64,000 nt of DNA from Octopus sinensis (lineage: Eukaryota): the NCBI RefSeq assembly GCF_006345805.1, contig NC_043006.1, positions 8,432,001 through 8,496,000 on the forward strand. Direction: 5' to 3'. This document shows positions 49,395 to 61,851 of this stretch, piece after piece. Position 1 is the first letter of the stretch; each line of letters starts with the position of its first letter. Both the position numbers and the translations under genes were made by a program. Under the pieces are notes generated by a model. It did no database searches, was not told the origin of the DNA, and saw only the letters and a program-made list of their open reading frames with translations.

Positions 49395-50990
49395 AAGACC
49401 GCTTTATAGCGTATCATCAGATTCAAAGACCTGTTGACCCATGACCTCTTAAAAATATGGAAGAAAAATGGCTCACTACTGAAAGTTAGTAATTGGGGAT
49501 AATCTCCATTTGCTAATGGCTATCGTCTTCCGGCTGTATCGCCATCCAGCGGGTGCCAGAAGTCTAGCAGGAACCTTCTGAAATGTAAACATGGCTTGAA
49601 AATCTCCGTTCTGGAGTTAAGAATGTTCTCTGGTTCGAGTGAATCGTTTAGGAATCTCGCACGTTCAGCTATGCATAACTTGCAACTCTTCGTCCCGCTG
49701 ATGTAGGGGGCTGAGTCCTCAAGGATTTTCCATGAGGTCGAGTATGGAATCCCGTCGTCTCTTAGTTGCCAGATGTGACTGGGCAGTGATGTTGCGTATC
49801 TCCTTTCCGGAACTATGAAGGCGGACCTGTGGTGGGAGAGAAGTTGCTTAAAAGAGATCTCGGAATATCCAATTTATTTTCTTAGGTGTTTGTTGTTGGT
49901 TCTGTTCTTGCTGGTATTGTTGTTGCTATTGCCACCGACATTGTTGTTGTTGGGGCTAGGACTGCTGGTGTTGGTGTCGCTGGAGGCGATGGTGGCGTCG
50001 GTAATGACATCGCAACTGTCGGTTATGGTGGAAGCACACTTGCTATTTTGGTCCTCTTCATTGGAAGGAGAGTTGCTGTTGCGGCGAGAGTTATCATTAG
50101 CTGTGGTTGCGCTGGTGTTTCTGTCAGGTCCACTGTCATTGCTGCTACTGCTGCTGCTGCTGCTATTGCCATTATAGCTGGTGGTGGCACTGAACCTGTT
50201 GCCACTGCCAAATGTGTTGTCAGGTCTTCTACTGTAAACATTGGGGAAACTGATGGTAATGCTGGTGCTGATGTCTAGGTTGTTGTTGTTGTTGCTGTTG
50301 TTATTGATGTTGCCGTCGGGGGAACTGTCAATGCCGTCTCTGGTGCTGTTATTGATATTGTTGCTAATATTGCCAAAGTATCGATGGTGGCGGTGTTGCT
50401 GATTCTGTTCTCGAGTCTACGGCTGCTACTGCTTCTACCAGTGTTATTACTAGATTTTGCTACTACTTCGGCTTCATAGGCGACAACTTTGATTTCGCGG
50501 TGACCCCATCCTGCCTCTGCGTGTGGTTTAGGGGCGCTAACCAGGTTGCTCTTAATATTGGGGTCACAGCTAAACTAGACTCTAACGTTATGCCTGCTGA
50601 AAATGGGCCCGTACCTATGTGAGCTTGTGAAGCGCTTATCTTTTAATTTAAGGAATATTCTACCCGCGGGTGTTTTTGTGTTAAGGGAGAAGGGGGAAAA
50701 CGAAATGGTATTTCTGCGGCGCTTTCTTCTGCGGTTGTTGGGTTCCGGCATGTAGAAGATGCAATCCCTACATCTGCTGGAAGCTAGGGTCTCGTTATAG
50801 TATGGGGCTGCTGCATCGAAGATCTCTTGGTTGGAGGAAAGGTGCGTGATCCACAGACTAACCCCCTTTACCAGATTTTTGAACACGAAGTATGGGTGGC
50901 AGGGGGCTGTGTTGATGCATGCTAGCCTCTCGTGTGGTTTGCGGTAGGGCCATTATGTATTAGAGCCCAAGTCGAGTGCACCCCATTTGT
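49395..50990 (-). mobile_element. Penelope-like retroelement, 5'-truncated: RT thumb, GIY-YIG with large insert, 3' UTR
   Basis: LDL...PYRKPH; ORF 50575-50886 LSSNQEIF.AAAPYYNE.L...RRKRRRN...F...F.RHNV; K*IGYSEISFK..HHRSAF..T.L..HIW.L...WKIL....CKLC..E; stop at 49520. Confidence 0.88.
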
Positions 50991-51186
50991 AGTGTCAGTT
51001 GGCATATCGTTTGCTTCATAGAATATGTGAAACACATGTTTCCTGGTTGCTCTGTGTTGCTTGTGATTTGTATGGGCAACTAGAAGTATATCAGATATAT
51101 TGTATTATAGTAATAGCTAGTGACTAACGAGTGTGTGACTTATGTGAATTTTTGACACTACATCATTTTCTCAATGATACGTGTTA

Positions 51187-52380
51187 CTATTTTACACGGT
51201 TGTGATTATCCGGAGTATTTGGTATATTATGCTGACAAGTGGAATTCTTCTGTACACTATTGTGATTTGAAAGAACTTTGTTGTTTACTTGGGGTTTACC
51301 CTTTTGGTGACTTCTTTGAATTGGGCTGTGCTTAGCATTGTTACTTTCTGGACCTGTAAAATGTATATGTTTCTGCTCATATATTTTCATAATTGTTGCT
51401 TTAAATATTATTAGTCATGTTTGTTTCTTAAATTCCCTATTCTAGGCGTATATCTATTTGAAATTAGTGTTGTAATTTAACTTTTTCCGAATCTCCTTCT
51501 GGGCAATGTTTTGGCTAGACACGTTCGAAATGTATTTCAGATAATAGAAATTTTTAGTTCTTTTTCTTGATATTTGACGGAATCATTTGTCAGTCTGGAA
51601 TTATATGCACTGAATATAGCTTTGTTGAGCCGCGTTTATAAATGTTTTCAAAACTTCAGTCGACCGGTAATTATAAAAATCATCTCGATCAATTTCTGAA
51701 GCATGGACAGGTGGAAATGACAGGTTAAATGATTCATTCTGTTCGTTGCATTGGCTGCACAGTGAGGGTAGCATCTTCTTATATTATTTTATAATTTTAA
51801 TTATTTAATCTTATTTTTGCATCTAATTTTGGTTTTAGCGTATGTCTGAAGCCATTCTTACGTTTCATTCCGGGTAACAACTTTCCATTTAAATATTCTT
51901 TAACACATTTCCAAATCTGTTCTTCATTTTGATTATTTTAGCTCTTGTCCTCACCAAATATCCAACAATGATAAATTGAAGATATAACATTAATCTTTCT
52001 AATATGCTTAAAATGCATAATAAATATACACTCCCGATAAGTTCCCAGAGACTCATGCTTTAATTCTGTGACGTGCACATATAATACACATACGATTTGC
52101 AAAATAATTTCAAAAACTTAGATTTTCAAGAAATTGTAAATATATGCACTCACATTGCCAATAGTGTGGGCGTGTGATGCATGTTGTATGTATTTGCATT
52201 ACAAGACGTGTGAATGTATTTGTATCAAGCAACCAAATTGCTGAATGCAATGTCCAAGATTATTTTAGGCATCTCCACTTATATTTGCAAAACACCAGGC
52301 TCAATGCAATAAAAAATAGCTATTAAATATCCCTACACGTGTTACTTCAATTTATAAGTGTTTCCAATAACTCCATGGCA
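51187..52380 (-). pseudogene. possible decayed class A GPCR
   Basis: Frameshifted motifs in receptor order: GVIGN, DIAFSNLV, CKY..., FANRMCIIC (DRY-like, 52077-52103), LIEMIFIITG, FINAA/LNKAIFSAYNSR (NPxxY-like), hydrophilic tail ORF 51187-51390. Confidence 0.33.
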
Positions 52381-52590
52381 AAATATTGTGAAGTTTCGTA
52401 AAATCTTGTGTAATCTCAAGTAGTATAATTCAAAATGTAACAACTTTCGTAAGTATAAAGCGTGTGAAATTATGGAATTTTCAACGTAAAAATCAAATGG
52501 TAGTATTGTCAGTTCACTATATATATACACATATATATACATGTATGTAGATGTATGTATTTATTTATACATACATACACACATATATAT

Positions 52591-52924
52591 ATCACCTTGA
52601 TCACCTTGACCGACCAGTACGTCGGGCGTCCATTTGTCACAGCACGCTGTTCACTTCTCTCTGGATCGCGCCTTTCTCATCCACGAGATCCCAATCGTCC
52701 TCCTGAAATCGTAACTCCACTGTCGTGGAGGCCTTCCGAGTGGTCGTTTCTGCTCGCGCGGGTACTACTCGACAACTACGCGGGTCCACCGATTATCGGT
52801 GAGCCGGGAGACGTGTCCAGCCCATCTAAACTTGCTGCGTGTATACTCTACGATGACATCCCTCATGCCGGACTTCTCTCTGATGACCTCGCTACTGATG
52901 TGCTCTCTCAACGAAATTCCAAGG
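52591..52924 (-). mobile_element. RTE-clade LINE 3' end
   Basis: Minus strand ...KFRWAGHVSRLTDNRWTRVVVE*YPREQKRPLGRPPRQW (RTE C-terminal W.GHV.R...RW...GRP..RW); tail ctggtcggtcaaggtgatcaaggtgat. Confidence 0.85.
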
Positions 52925-52931
52925 ATATATA

Positions 52932-53442
52932 TCTATATATATAAAACTGTAGTTGTGTGAATGTCTGTCCCCTTCGATTTAGGTTCCTAACTACTCCCAC
53001 ATTTTGCGGTGCAGTTTAACCAAATTCGAGTATCTTATAGTCGTGATTCATATCGAGCCCGTCTGGCTATTAGCGCGCGTCTACGATGAGTCTACGATTT
53101 TAAAAATAATTTAACATCATTTTTTATTCCATTTTAATGCATAATTTTTCGTGTGTCGATGGCGGCGGAGTTGGCGTCCATGGTCACACCTGCACCTGTT
53201 TGCTTCTCCCCCTTCTTCCCTCCCTCGTGAAGCTGTGGGAAGGGAGTGTAAGGAAATCAACGTCGTAAAGCGTTGTCAAGGAGACCAGCGTTCTTTTAGA
53301 ACAACGACTTCATGGCTTGAAGACACCAAAACAGAAATGGCTAAGAAAGCCTGAATTGGCATCTATAAGGGAAGTAACTCTCAAAAAATGCTTATATAGT
53401 TATTTCCCTTACAAACCCGAGCAACGCCGGCGATACTTCTAG
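52932..53442 (+). mobile_element. non-autonomous Helitron with ~205-bp extra internal segment
   Basis: A|TC and CTAG|T termini; 53150-53356 is absent from the other four copies. Confidence 0.85.
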
Positions 53443-53575
53443 TATATATATATATAAATTTTAAGAATTTGCAAAAATCCAAGCCTGTGAAAAATTTTAG
53501 AACGTCCAATAGAACTTACTCAGCATTACCTGATACCTTTGAGTCTTATTGACACCATTACCTCTTATAACAGAA

Positions 53576-53610
<35 letters not shown>

Positions 53611-54890
53611 TATATGGAAAGAGAGAGAGACAGAGGGAGAGAGAGAGCGAGAGGGGGAGAGAGAGTGATATGTGCACAAGGATACCCTGATATCACAAAA
53701 TAAATCCTATCTAAGAAAGCGTTTAAGGTAAAATTTAGTAAGAATATTCTGGAAGTGCTTTGTTCATTACAACTGTATCAAGAAATATTTTGACTTTTTA
53801 CTTGGAGCATTTTATGGGAATAATTCAATATAAAATTCTAATGTAAATATTTACATTACTTTTACTTAAAGTTGATAGAAATTTGGTGGTATTTTATTAC
53901 AAAACATGGTTCTGTCAAACAAAAAAAAAAAAACTCCTCAGAAATAGGAGACTTTTTTTCTTTCTATTCTTATAGCTTTTAGTTTGAATAATTAGATTTA
54001 TTGTTGTCGCTTTTATCACAACAAACTGAAACTAACTCGTCCACTCTATAATTTGTTTGGCTAGAAATTACTTGCCTCTCACAATCTATTGATTTAACAT
54101 AATCATTTTAAATTGAGAAGGTCAGGAAACAGCAATACGTTCTAAGTTAGCTTAATTGGACACTGATACATAATTGATTCAGTACCAGAGGACGAAGATG
54201 TAAAAAACCGTACGTACGTACTTGTATGAGTATATTTGTGTGTCTGCATGTATGTGTCCGTGTGCGTGTGTGTGCTTGTACGTATGTGTGTGTAAATGAC
54301 TGTGCGTTTTTGTGTGAATACCAAAACACAGATACACATACACATATGTATATATCCATACGGCTAATTATATTAGAATAATCTATACACGATATGTTTT
54401 GCTTCTGAGCTAGATTGAGGAGACAAATTTAACTATATTACAGTACCTGTCAAATTTGATTACTATTTCAGATATATTTTTAGTAGAATATAGATTATTA
54501 CCATTATCAATTTTTTTCGGAATGTACCATTGTCATCTATTAAATTTTAAACAAATAAATTTTTTTTGGCACACCTCAAATTCCAAGTGATAATTCTCCC
54601 AGGAAACTAAGCAAAGCAATAGTTGATACACAGAAAGCATATAAGTACATCTTGCTGGAGGGTTAACGTTTGGTTGAATATAAATAACGCTATTTTTTCA
54701 GCAAAAGATATTTATGATTTTCGGATTGTGCAGAAAGAATATAAATCAAAATTAGTTTTCATACAGCTTGCAACTTCAATTGGATAACATGTAGCGGTTC
54801 AAAGTCTCGTTCGAAGAAGTTCTAATTTACATTGATAAAGGCATTCACTATGTATTATACATATACATAAGTGCCTATTATACATATACA

Positions 54891-55179
<289 letters not shown>

Positions 55180-55762
55180 TATAATCAAGGCCCTATACCC
55201 TTGTTTAAATTCAAAGTAGTCACTGATATAAAAGTCAACATGTTACTACGTATAACATATAATCTTCTTTCAAAGCATGTATGATGATACCGTTGACAAA
55301 ATAATGTGCAACATAAGTTTTGTTTTACACTACAATAAAGATATGGAACTCACATATATATGCTAAAATTATCACCGCATTTATTCCATTTTAGATGGAG
55401 TGTTTTCCGTAGTATATGGGCTGTACTCATCAAGGTTATTTTTTCTAGTTCACAGAAATTGGAGTTGCCAGGGAGTTGCTTCATTTTACTTCCCAGCTCT
55501 CTTCTTTATCATTCCCAACGCACCAGTTATTATCGCAGCACTAAGCTTCCACGTTTTTGTGATTTCAATTTGGAGATCTTTATAGTTACAAAGCTTTTCG
55601 TATTCTTTTCTCGAGACATTTTGATCTTGTAGGACAGACAAGTTCTCTGTTGTAATCCTTGATCACAATGTCTGGTCGATTGGAGTCAATTTTTCTGTCT
55701 GTATTGGGAAGTTCCAAAGGAGGATGAGGCCTCACCATTTACTACATTATCTGGCTGATGCC

Positions 55763-55965
<203 letters not shown>

Positions 55966-56519
55966 GAGTGAGAGAGCAGTTCATGCCATCAAAGTGACAC
56001 TGGGGTAAAATATACGAAGCCCAATATACCCATCATGACTACCCGTCTGATAAAGGTACACCAGGCACGTGCATCACAACCATATGTGCGCGACATGGTG
56101 ATCTCATATCAAGATAAACAGCACATGACCTTGCAGGTGGGGCCCAGTTAGAATTTTCTTCAGGTTGAGTAGCCCATCATGCTCCAACGGTCCCTGAATA
56201 AGGGTTGTTTAAGGATGTTGAAAGAACCACCCATGTTTCCAGATGTGAACTATTCAAACCCCAAAGAATCCCTTTCAACACATGGCTATGATGCTCCCCC
56301 ACTACTTCTGCTCGTGATCAGAGATGCACATATCGTCAGCCACTAAGGGACATGCTCAACTGGTTAAGGTCAAACAACTGACAAGCAAATCTGTGGTATT
56401 GAGCAGAAAATTTGCTGTAGCCCATCTTTTATACCAAGACAAAACAATGTACACGATAACACTTCCAATCAGTTAAGATCAGAAGCCATGAGAGCCACTG
56501 CCTGGTACTGCATCAGGGC

Positions 56520-56523
<4 letters not shown>
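55966..56523. mobile_element. element F, apparently complete copy
   Basis: Matches 9609-10109 with two extra segments; (TTA)n on both sides. Confidence 0.75.
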
Positions 56524-56553
<30 letters not shown>

Positions 56554-56588
56554 TAGTAGTCTTCACCTTTTCGTATTATTATTAAGTA

Positions 56589-57132
56589 TGGTGGCGTAAT
56601 GGCCCAATGGTTACGGCAGCGAACTCGCAGTCGTAGGATCTCAGTTTCGATTCCCAGACCGGGCGTTGTCAAAGTTTATTGAGCGAAAAACCTGAAGCCC
56701 CACGTTGTTCCGAAGTGGGGTGGTTAGCGAACCCTGCTTTACACTTTCACCACAACTTTTTCCCAGTCTTTCTTCCTGTTTCTGTGTACCTGAATTTCAA
56801 ATGGTTCCGGGTTCAGTCCCATTGCGTGGCACCTTGGGCAAGTGTCTTCTAATATAGCCTCGGGCCGACCAAAGCCTTATGAGTAGACTTGGTTGACGGA
56901 AACTGAAAGAAGCCCGTCGTATATATATATATCTAAGAGTGTGTGTGTTTGTCTCCCCAACATCGCTTCACAACCGCTGCTGGTGTGTTTACGTCCTCGT
57001 AACTAAGCGGTTCGGGAAAAGGGACCGATAGAAGTACTAGGGTTACAAGAAGTACTGGGGTCGATTTGCTCGACTAAAGGCGGTGCTCCAGCATGGCCAC
57101 AGTCAGATGACTGAAACAAGTAAAAGAGTAAA
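56589..57132 (+). mobile_element. SINE B 5' part (56589-56802) fused to 5'-truncated SINE A (56801-57132)
   Basis: Family B head and body up to ctgaatttcaa, then atggttccgggttcagtccc through the family A tail. Confidence 0.8.
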
Positions 57133-57289
57133 TATTCTTTTAAAAACATCAAAATTTAATTGTTTTCCATACTTACAGTTGAAAAAGTTTCAATGATTGA
57201 AATGTTTTTTATAAAACTATTTTAGCATTTTCTATCTTTACTTTTTTTCCATATATATCAACTCTTGTGTTCCTTTTCAACCTCTCTAC

Positions 57290-57341
<52 letters not shown>

Positions 57342-57439
57342 CACTTTCACCACAACTTTCTCTCAGTCTTTCTTCCTGTTTCTGTGGTACCTGAATTTCA
57401 AATAGTTCAAATCAGACCGCCATGTTGAATCGTTAGCTC

Positions 57440-57630
57440 CTGCAAGCATTTTTTTTCTCTCTTTGTTTCTCTCCGTGTTTCCTTTCTGTGTATCTTTCTG
57501 TTGAAGAGCGTAGGCTCGAAACGTAAAAGACTTATTTTATTTCTATTCCTGAGCGCCATACTAATACAATTGTTTGTTTGTACTCCACTTGCCTTCGTCT
57601 TTTGTTTATTTTCGTAAGCTTCCCGTTATA
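57440..57630 (+). mobile_element. pLTR-like mini-element
   Basis: Near-identical to 12105-12260. Confidence 0.7.
57493..57530 (+). ncRNA. minimal type I hammerhead ribozyme motif, CUGUUGA core variant
   Basis: Identical to 12125-12162; predicted cleavage after 57525. Confidence 0.7.
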
Positions 57631-57886
57631 CACACACACACACACACATACACACATACACACACACACACGCACACAAACACACACACATATATATATA
57701 TATATATATTAACATGAAAATAATTATATGTATTGATGGAAAACCTCTATAAACGGCTGATGATTGCTCAACATTTTAAAACTGTTGTAATACTTACAAT
57801 GTTTAATAAAATGATGTAGCATGAAACGATTGTACTAAATTACTGAAGATATTCTTGTTGCTTATTTGGATATCTATCTATCTATC

Positions 57887-57944
<58 letters not shown>

Positions 57945-58533
57945 AGGGAGAGAGAGAGAGAGAAATAAATAGAGAAAGTGGGAGAAACAGAGAGACAAAG
58001 AGGCGTGTGTGTGTTTGGTACACATCTCTCTCTCTCTCTCTCCCTCTTACTGAGCCAAAATCTTGTGAATGGACGTGGTAGACCGAAGCAGATAAAGCCA
58101 GACATACATATGTGTGTGTATGTATGTAGGAATGTGTGTACGTATGCCTGTGTGTGTGTTTGTATGCATGCATATGTATACACCCCCACCTATCATCTCC
58201 ATTGCTTCTTTTTCTTGTATTTTCTCTTGAAGTTGTTCTTATTTTCATTTTTTTTTTGTATTTCGTTCGTTTTTCTTTTATCTCCTTATGGAATTCGTTG
58301 AAAAGTTCTTTTCATTTATTTTTTTCCTCGTCTGATTTGAAATCTTCAGTTAACATCTTAACCAAAGTAAATAGATGGCTTATCTAAGTTGTTTGGTCCT
58401 AACATGGGAACCCTCAACCGTAGAGACCTCCCTGCGACTGCTGGTGTTGCGGGGACTTAGCGATGGCCCTGCATATTGCACTTCATATATTATGTGACAC
58501 GTCTATTTCGTTAATTAATAAATTTTTTTTATT

Positions 58534-58710
58534 TCATCTAGTTTCAGCTCACGAGCTGTGGCCATGCTGGGGCATCGCTATTTGGTGTTGCTACATAATT
58601 TTACTTCACAAATGCTTTTTTAGCAATTAACATTTGGTGCATGAGATAGTTGATGCAGCTACACTCATCTGCACCTCCTGCCACGAAGTTGAAATGAAGG
58701 GAAATGTCAA
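58534..58710 (-). mobile_element. CR1-clade LINE 3' tip (same family as 23129-25850)
   Basis: Minus strand ggcaggagg.gcagatgag..agctgcatc..tctcatgcaccaaat...gccccagcatggccacagctcgtgagctgaaactag. Confidence 0.85.
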
Positions 58711-59058
58711 GACACAATTTCAATGTTGCAAAGAAATATAAGATAACAAACACATGAAAAACGAACAAATAAAAGAGGAAAAAGATTACAAACTAACGTG
58801 CAGTTTTTATAATAATTTAATGAAAATAATCTGAAACGTACATGAATTTATATTTTTGACGTGAGGCATATGGGAAGTCAAATTCAAAATTCAAAATTTG
58901 AGTGCTTAGAAAGAGAATTATCAATAATCAGATTGGCATCTACAACAGATATTGACCGTGTTGATGACATCGTTGTTTTCTTTCTGCATTTCAAACTTCA
59001 AACTCTCACTTGAAGTACATTGGTCTCACTTCATCTGTCATGGTGTCTTATTTTTACC

Positions 59059-59814
59059 TCATACTTTAAACCGATTCTTAACAGCTTCTTTCTATATATT
59101 CTGTCGATAAAATTACCCTGGTGTTTGTGATTCCAAGGAAAATATAAAAATGTTTCTTTTCATCTTTTAATTCACATATTAATAACAAATACCTTACTAC
59201 ATTTTATTCGGTAGGATATTAATTGAATGTTACATTTGTAGAACAATAGACCCCCAGAAAATTCTGATCAGTTTTCTTGAAAATTAAATACTTTGAAATA
59301 AATGCAGGATTACAACTTTCTCGAAAACAGCATATAAAAGAAAAAATTGTTTATTATGATCAGCAATAATTTTCAGAATTTGAAATAAATACCGAAACAA
59401 TAATTTGTTGAGTACATACAACTCCTGATTTCATGTTACATGTAGTCAATATTGTTGGAAAGGGCGACCGTACAATGCACATATTTTTCAATCCTTGAAA
59501 TTGAGGGGATTAACTTTAAAAATGCAACCTATTTAAGGTAGCATTTATCAAAGTCTGTGGATTTAGTTCTGTTATTGCCGCCAATTTTAAATAAATTTCT
59601 CTCGAGCAATTATAGTTGATTAAAGACATCAGACAGTTATTGTACATACTACTCATTTCAGCTACTCTGTACAACTGAGTCAACAACAAGTGTTTATGGT
59701 AGGGTTATAATTCTCAGGTGAAAATTAAAACGCTGTAAATACGATCATACAAGCCAATGTCAGGTGACTAGTGTTATTATTAACATAATACGGAGAAAAA
59801 ACTGGATAATTCAT
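59059..59814 (-). pseudogene. possible decayed single-exon class A GPCR
   Basis: MNYPVF..NNNTSH N-terminus, hydrophobic TM1-like run, MSSMY..SDV, IEKYV/CIVRSPF (ERY-like, 59478-59492, needs a 2-nt indel), GVVC..IIVSVFIS, RKLIRIFWG, LGITNT..KEAVKNRF; many frameshifts. Confidence 0.38.
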
Positions 59815-60691
59815 TTGCAAAACAAATAAAATATTAAGTTAGGTAATAAATATCAAGACAGGTAAGAACACATCAACACTGCATCATATATTTAAAGTAT
59901 CAATACTATAATTGAGTAAGAATATATATTTTAGATTTATATTTTCTTTGTTCTATAAGTATCAATGCTTAGTACATGAAACCGCCATGAGTATACTATG
60001 AGTGGTTATTCATGTTGCATGTGCAAAAAATAAAACGAAGTGAAGCGTAAAAGATAAAAAACATGTACAAATACATACATATATACATACAAGCACAATT
60101 TTAAATGTTATAAGTAAGTTACCTAAAAATCAGTATCAAAATCTTTTCCAGTGTTATTCAGTTAGAAGGTACATACATAACATAAATGTTAACTTTTCTC
60201 ATATGCACAGAAAGATTCTGCAAATGTCTTTTCAAATAGCAAAATTATAGAAAATACATGTCTTGGCGTTTGCAGCGAGACATGTATTTGGTTGTGTCTT
60301 TGATAGTTAATTGATGTTGATATTGATAAAGAAGATTAATTGCACAGGGTGGTATAGGCCTGATAACCTGCATATGTATATATTATATCGAATGGAGGTG
60401 ATATATCAAGCTGCTGCTGCTAGCCAAAACTATGAACATTCAAACTTGGAAATTTTTATTCGCGATTTCATATTTTAAGAAAACATACTGCGCACTGATG
60501 TAGGAATAAATTACATCAACATTAAATATGTTATATAGGTAATCACGACTGAATTTACTTACGTGACAACAATGCAAAATTGATGTCAGAGTATGCATGG
60601 ATGTACATATTTATGCAAGCATACACACACACATATACGTTTGTATATATATATATATTATAATATATATATATATAATATATATATATTA

Positions 60692-60730
<39 letters not shown>

Positions 60731-61119
60731 TGCATGTATATATGTATCATTGAGTAAACTGCTTAAGAAATGTTAGGTAAAGTACGATGGTAGGGAGCGA
60801 TAATTTTGCAGACATCATCAATAAGTACAGATATATTAAAACGATGTGTATGTGTAAAGGTTTGAAATACGTGTGAAAAGTTTTGACAATCATTCGATTG
60901 AAAGAAAATAATCATTCATGAGAAGAGATTAAAGAGATCCCCAAATAAGTTACGATAGATTTTTGAGACACATACACCTAAAATTTATAAACATTTAATT
61001 CGACATAAACCCAAATAATGGAGGGAGAACGTATATATGTATATATATATATATATATACGTATATGTATGCATGTACGTATATATATGTATATGTATAT
61101 CTATATCTATATATATGTA

Positions 61120-61199
<80 letters not shown>

Positions 61200-61378
61200 A
61201 TTATGTGCAAGTGCATGTGTGAGTATATGTATATTGAAGGCTGTAGGTAGACTGAAAATACTGTTTAAATATCCTCTCTCTATTTTATTTCTTATTATTA
61301 ATATTGGTTTTATCAGTATGTTATCATCATTATTATACACGAACATATAAATATACATACACACAAGCAGACATATAC

Positions 61379-61472
<94 letters not shown>

Positions 61473-61807
61473 GTTTCTGGTTACTTTAATTAGTGCTCAT
61501 AGTTAATAAAGTATTTTAGACAAATACAATAATAAAGAAAAAATAATAACGGGCCAGCAAGAACACATCAACGTTGTATTTGGGATTAGATATTTCTAAG
61601 TTCACATATATGGTCGTTATTATATTCAGGAAGAACATATGATATGAAATCGGCATGAGAATACCATCCCTGAATTTTCTTCGAATGCGCAGGAGAAAAT
61701 ACCTACAGAGGACTAAAAGCTGTATATGTTTATATGTCTTAGCTAGATTCATGCATTTACCTATACATATATAATCATACATACAAACGAACTCATGCAT
61801 ATATATA

Positions 61808-61851
<44 letters not shown>

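Noticed and set aside
49395-49425. Hammerhead in the 3' UTR of the Penelope copy (CTGATGA + cgct-ataa-agcg stem)
   Set aside because: GAAA and stem III are missing; at best a truncated relic
58390-58475. GC-rich island as HDV-like ribozyme
   Set aside because: One hairpin visible but I could not build the nested double pseudoknot on either strand
60252-60289. 12-bp hairpin as pre-miRNA
   Set aside because: Too short for a pre-miRNA stem and does not extend
61560-61720. Minus-strand candidate exon YFLLRIRRKF...MFFLNII (Cys-loop receptor TM1-like)
   Set aside because: Resemblance limited to a few residues; no donor site or neighbouring exons identified
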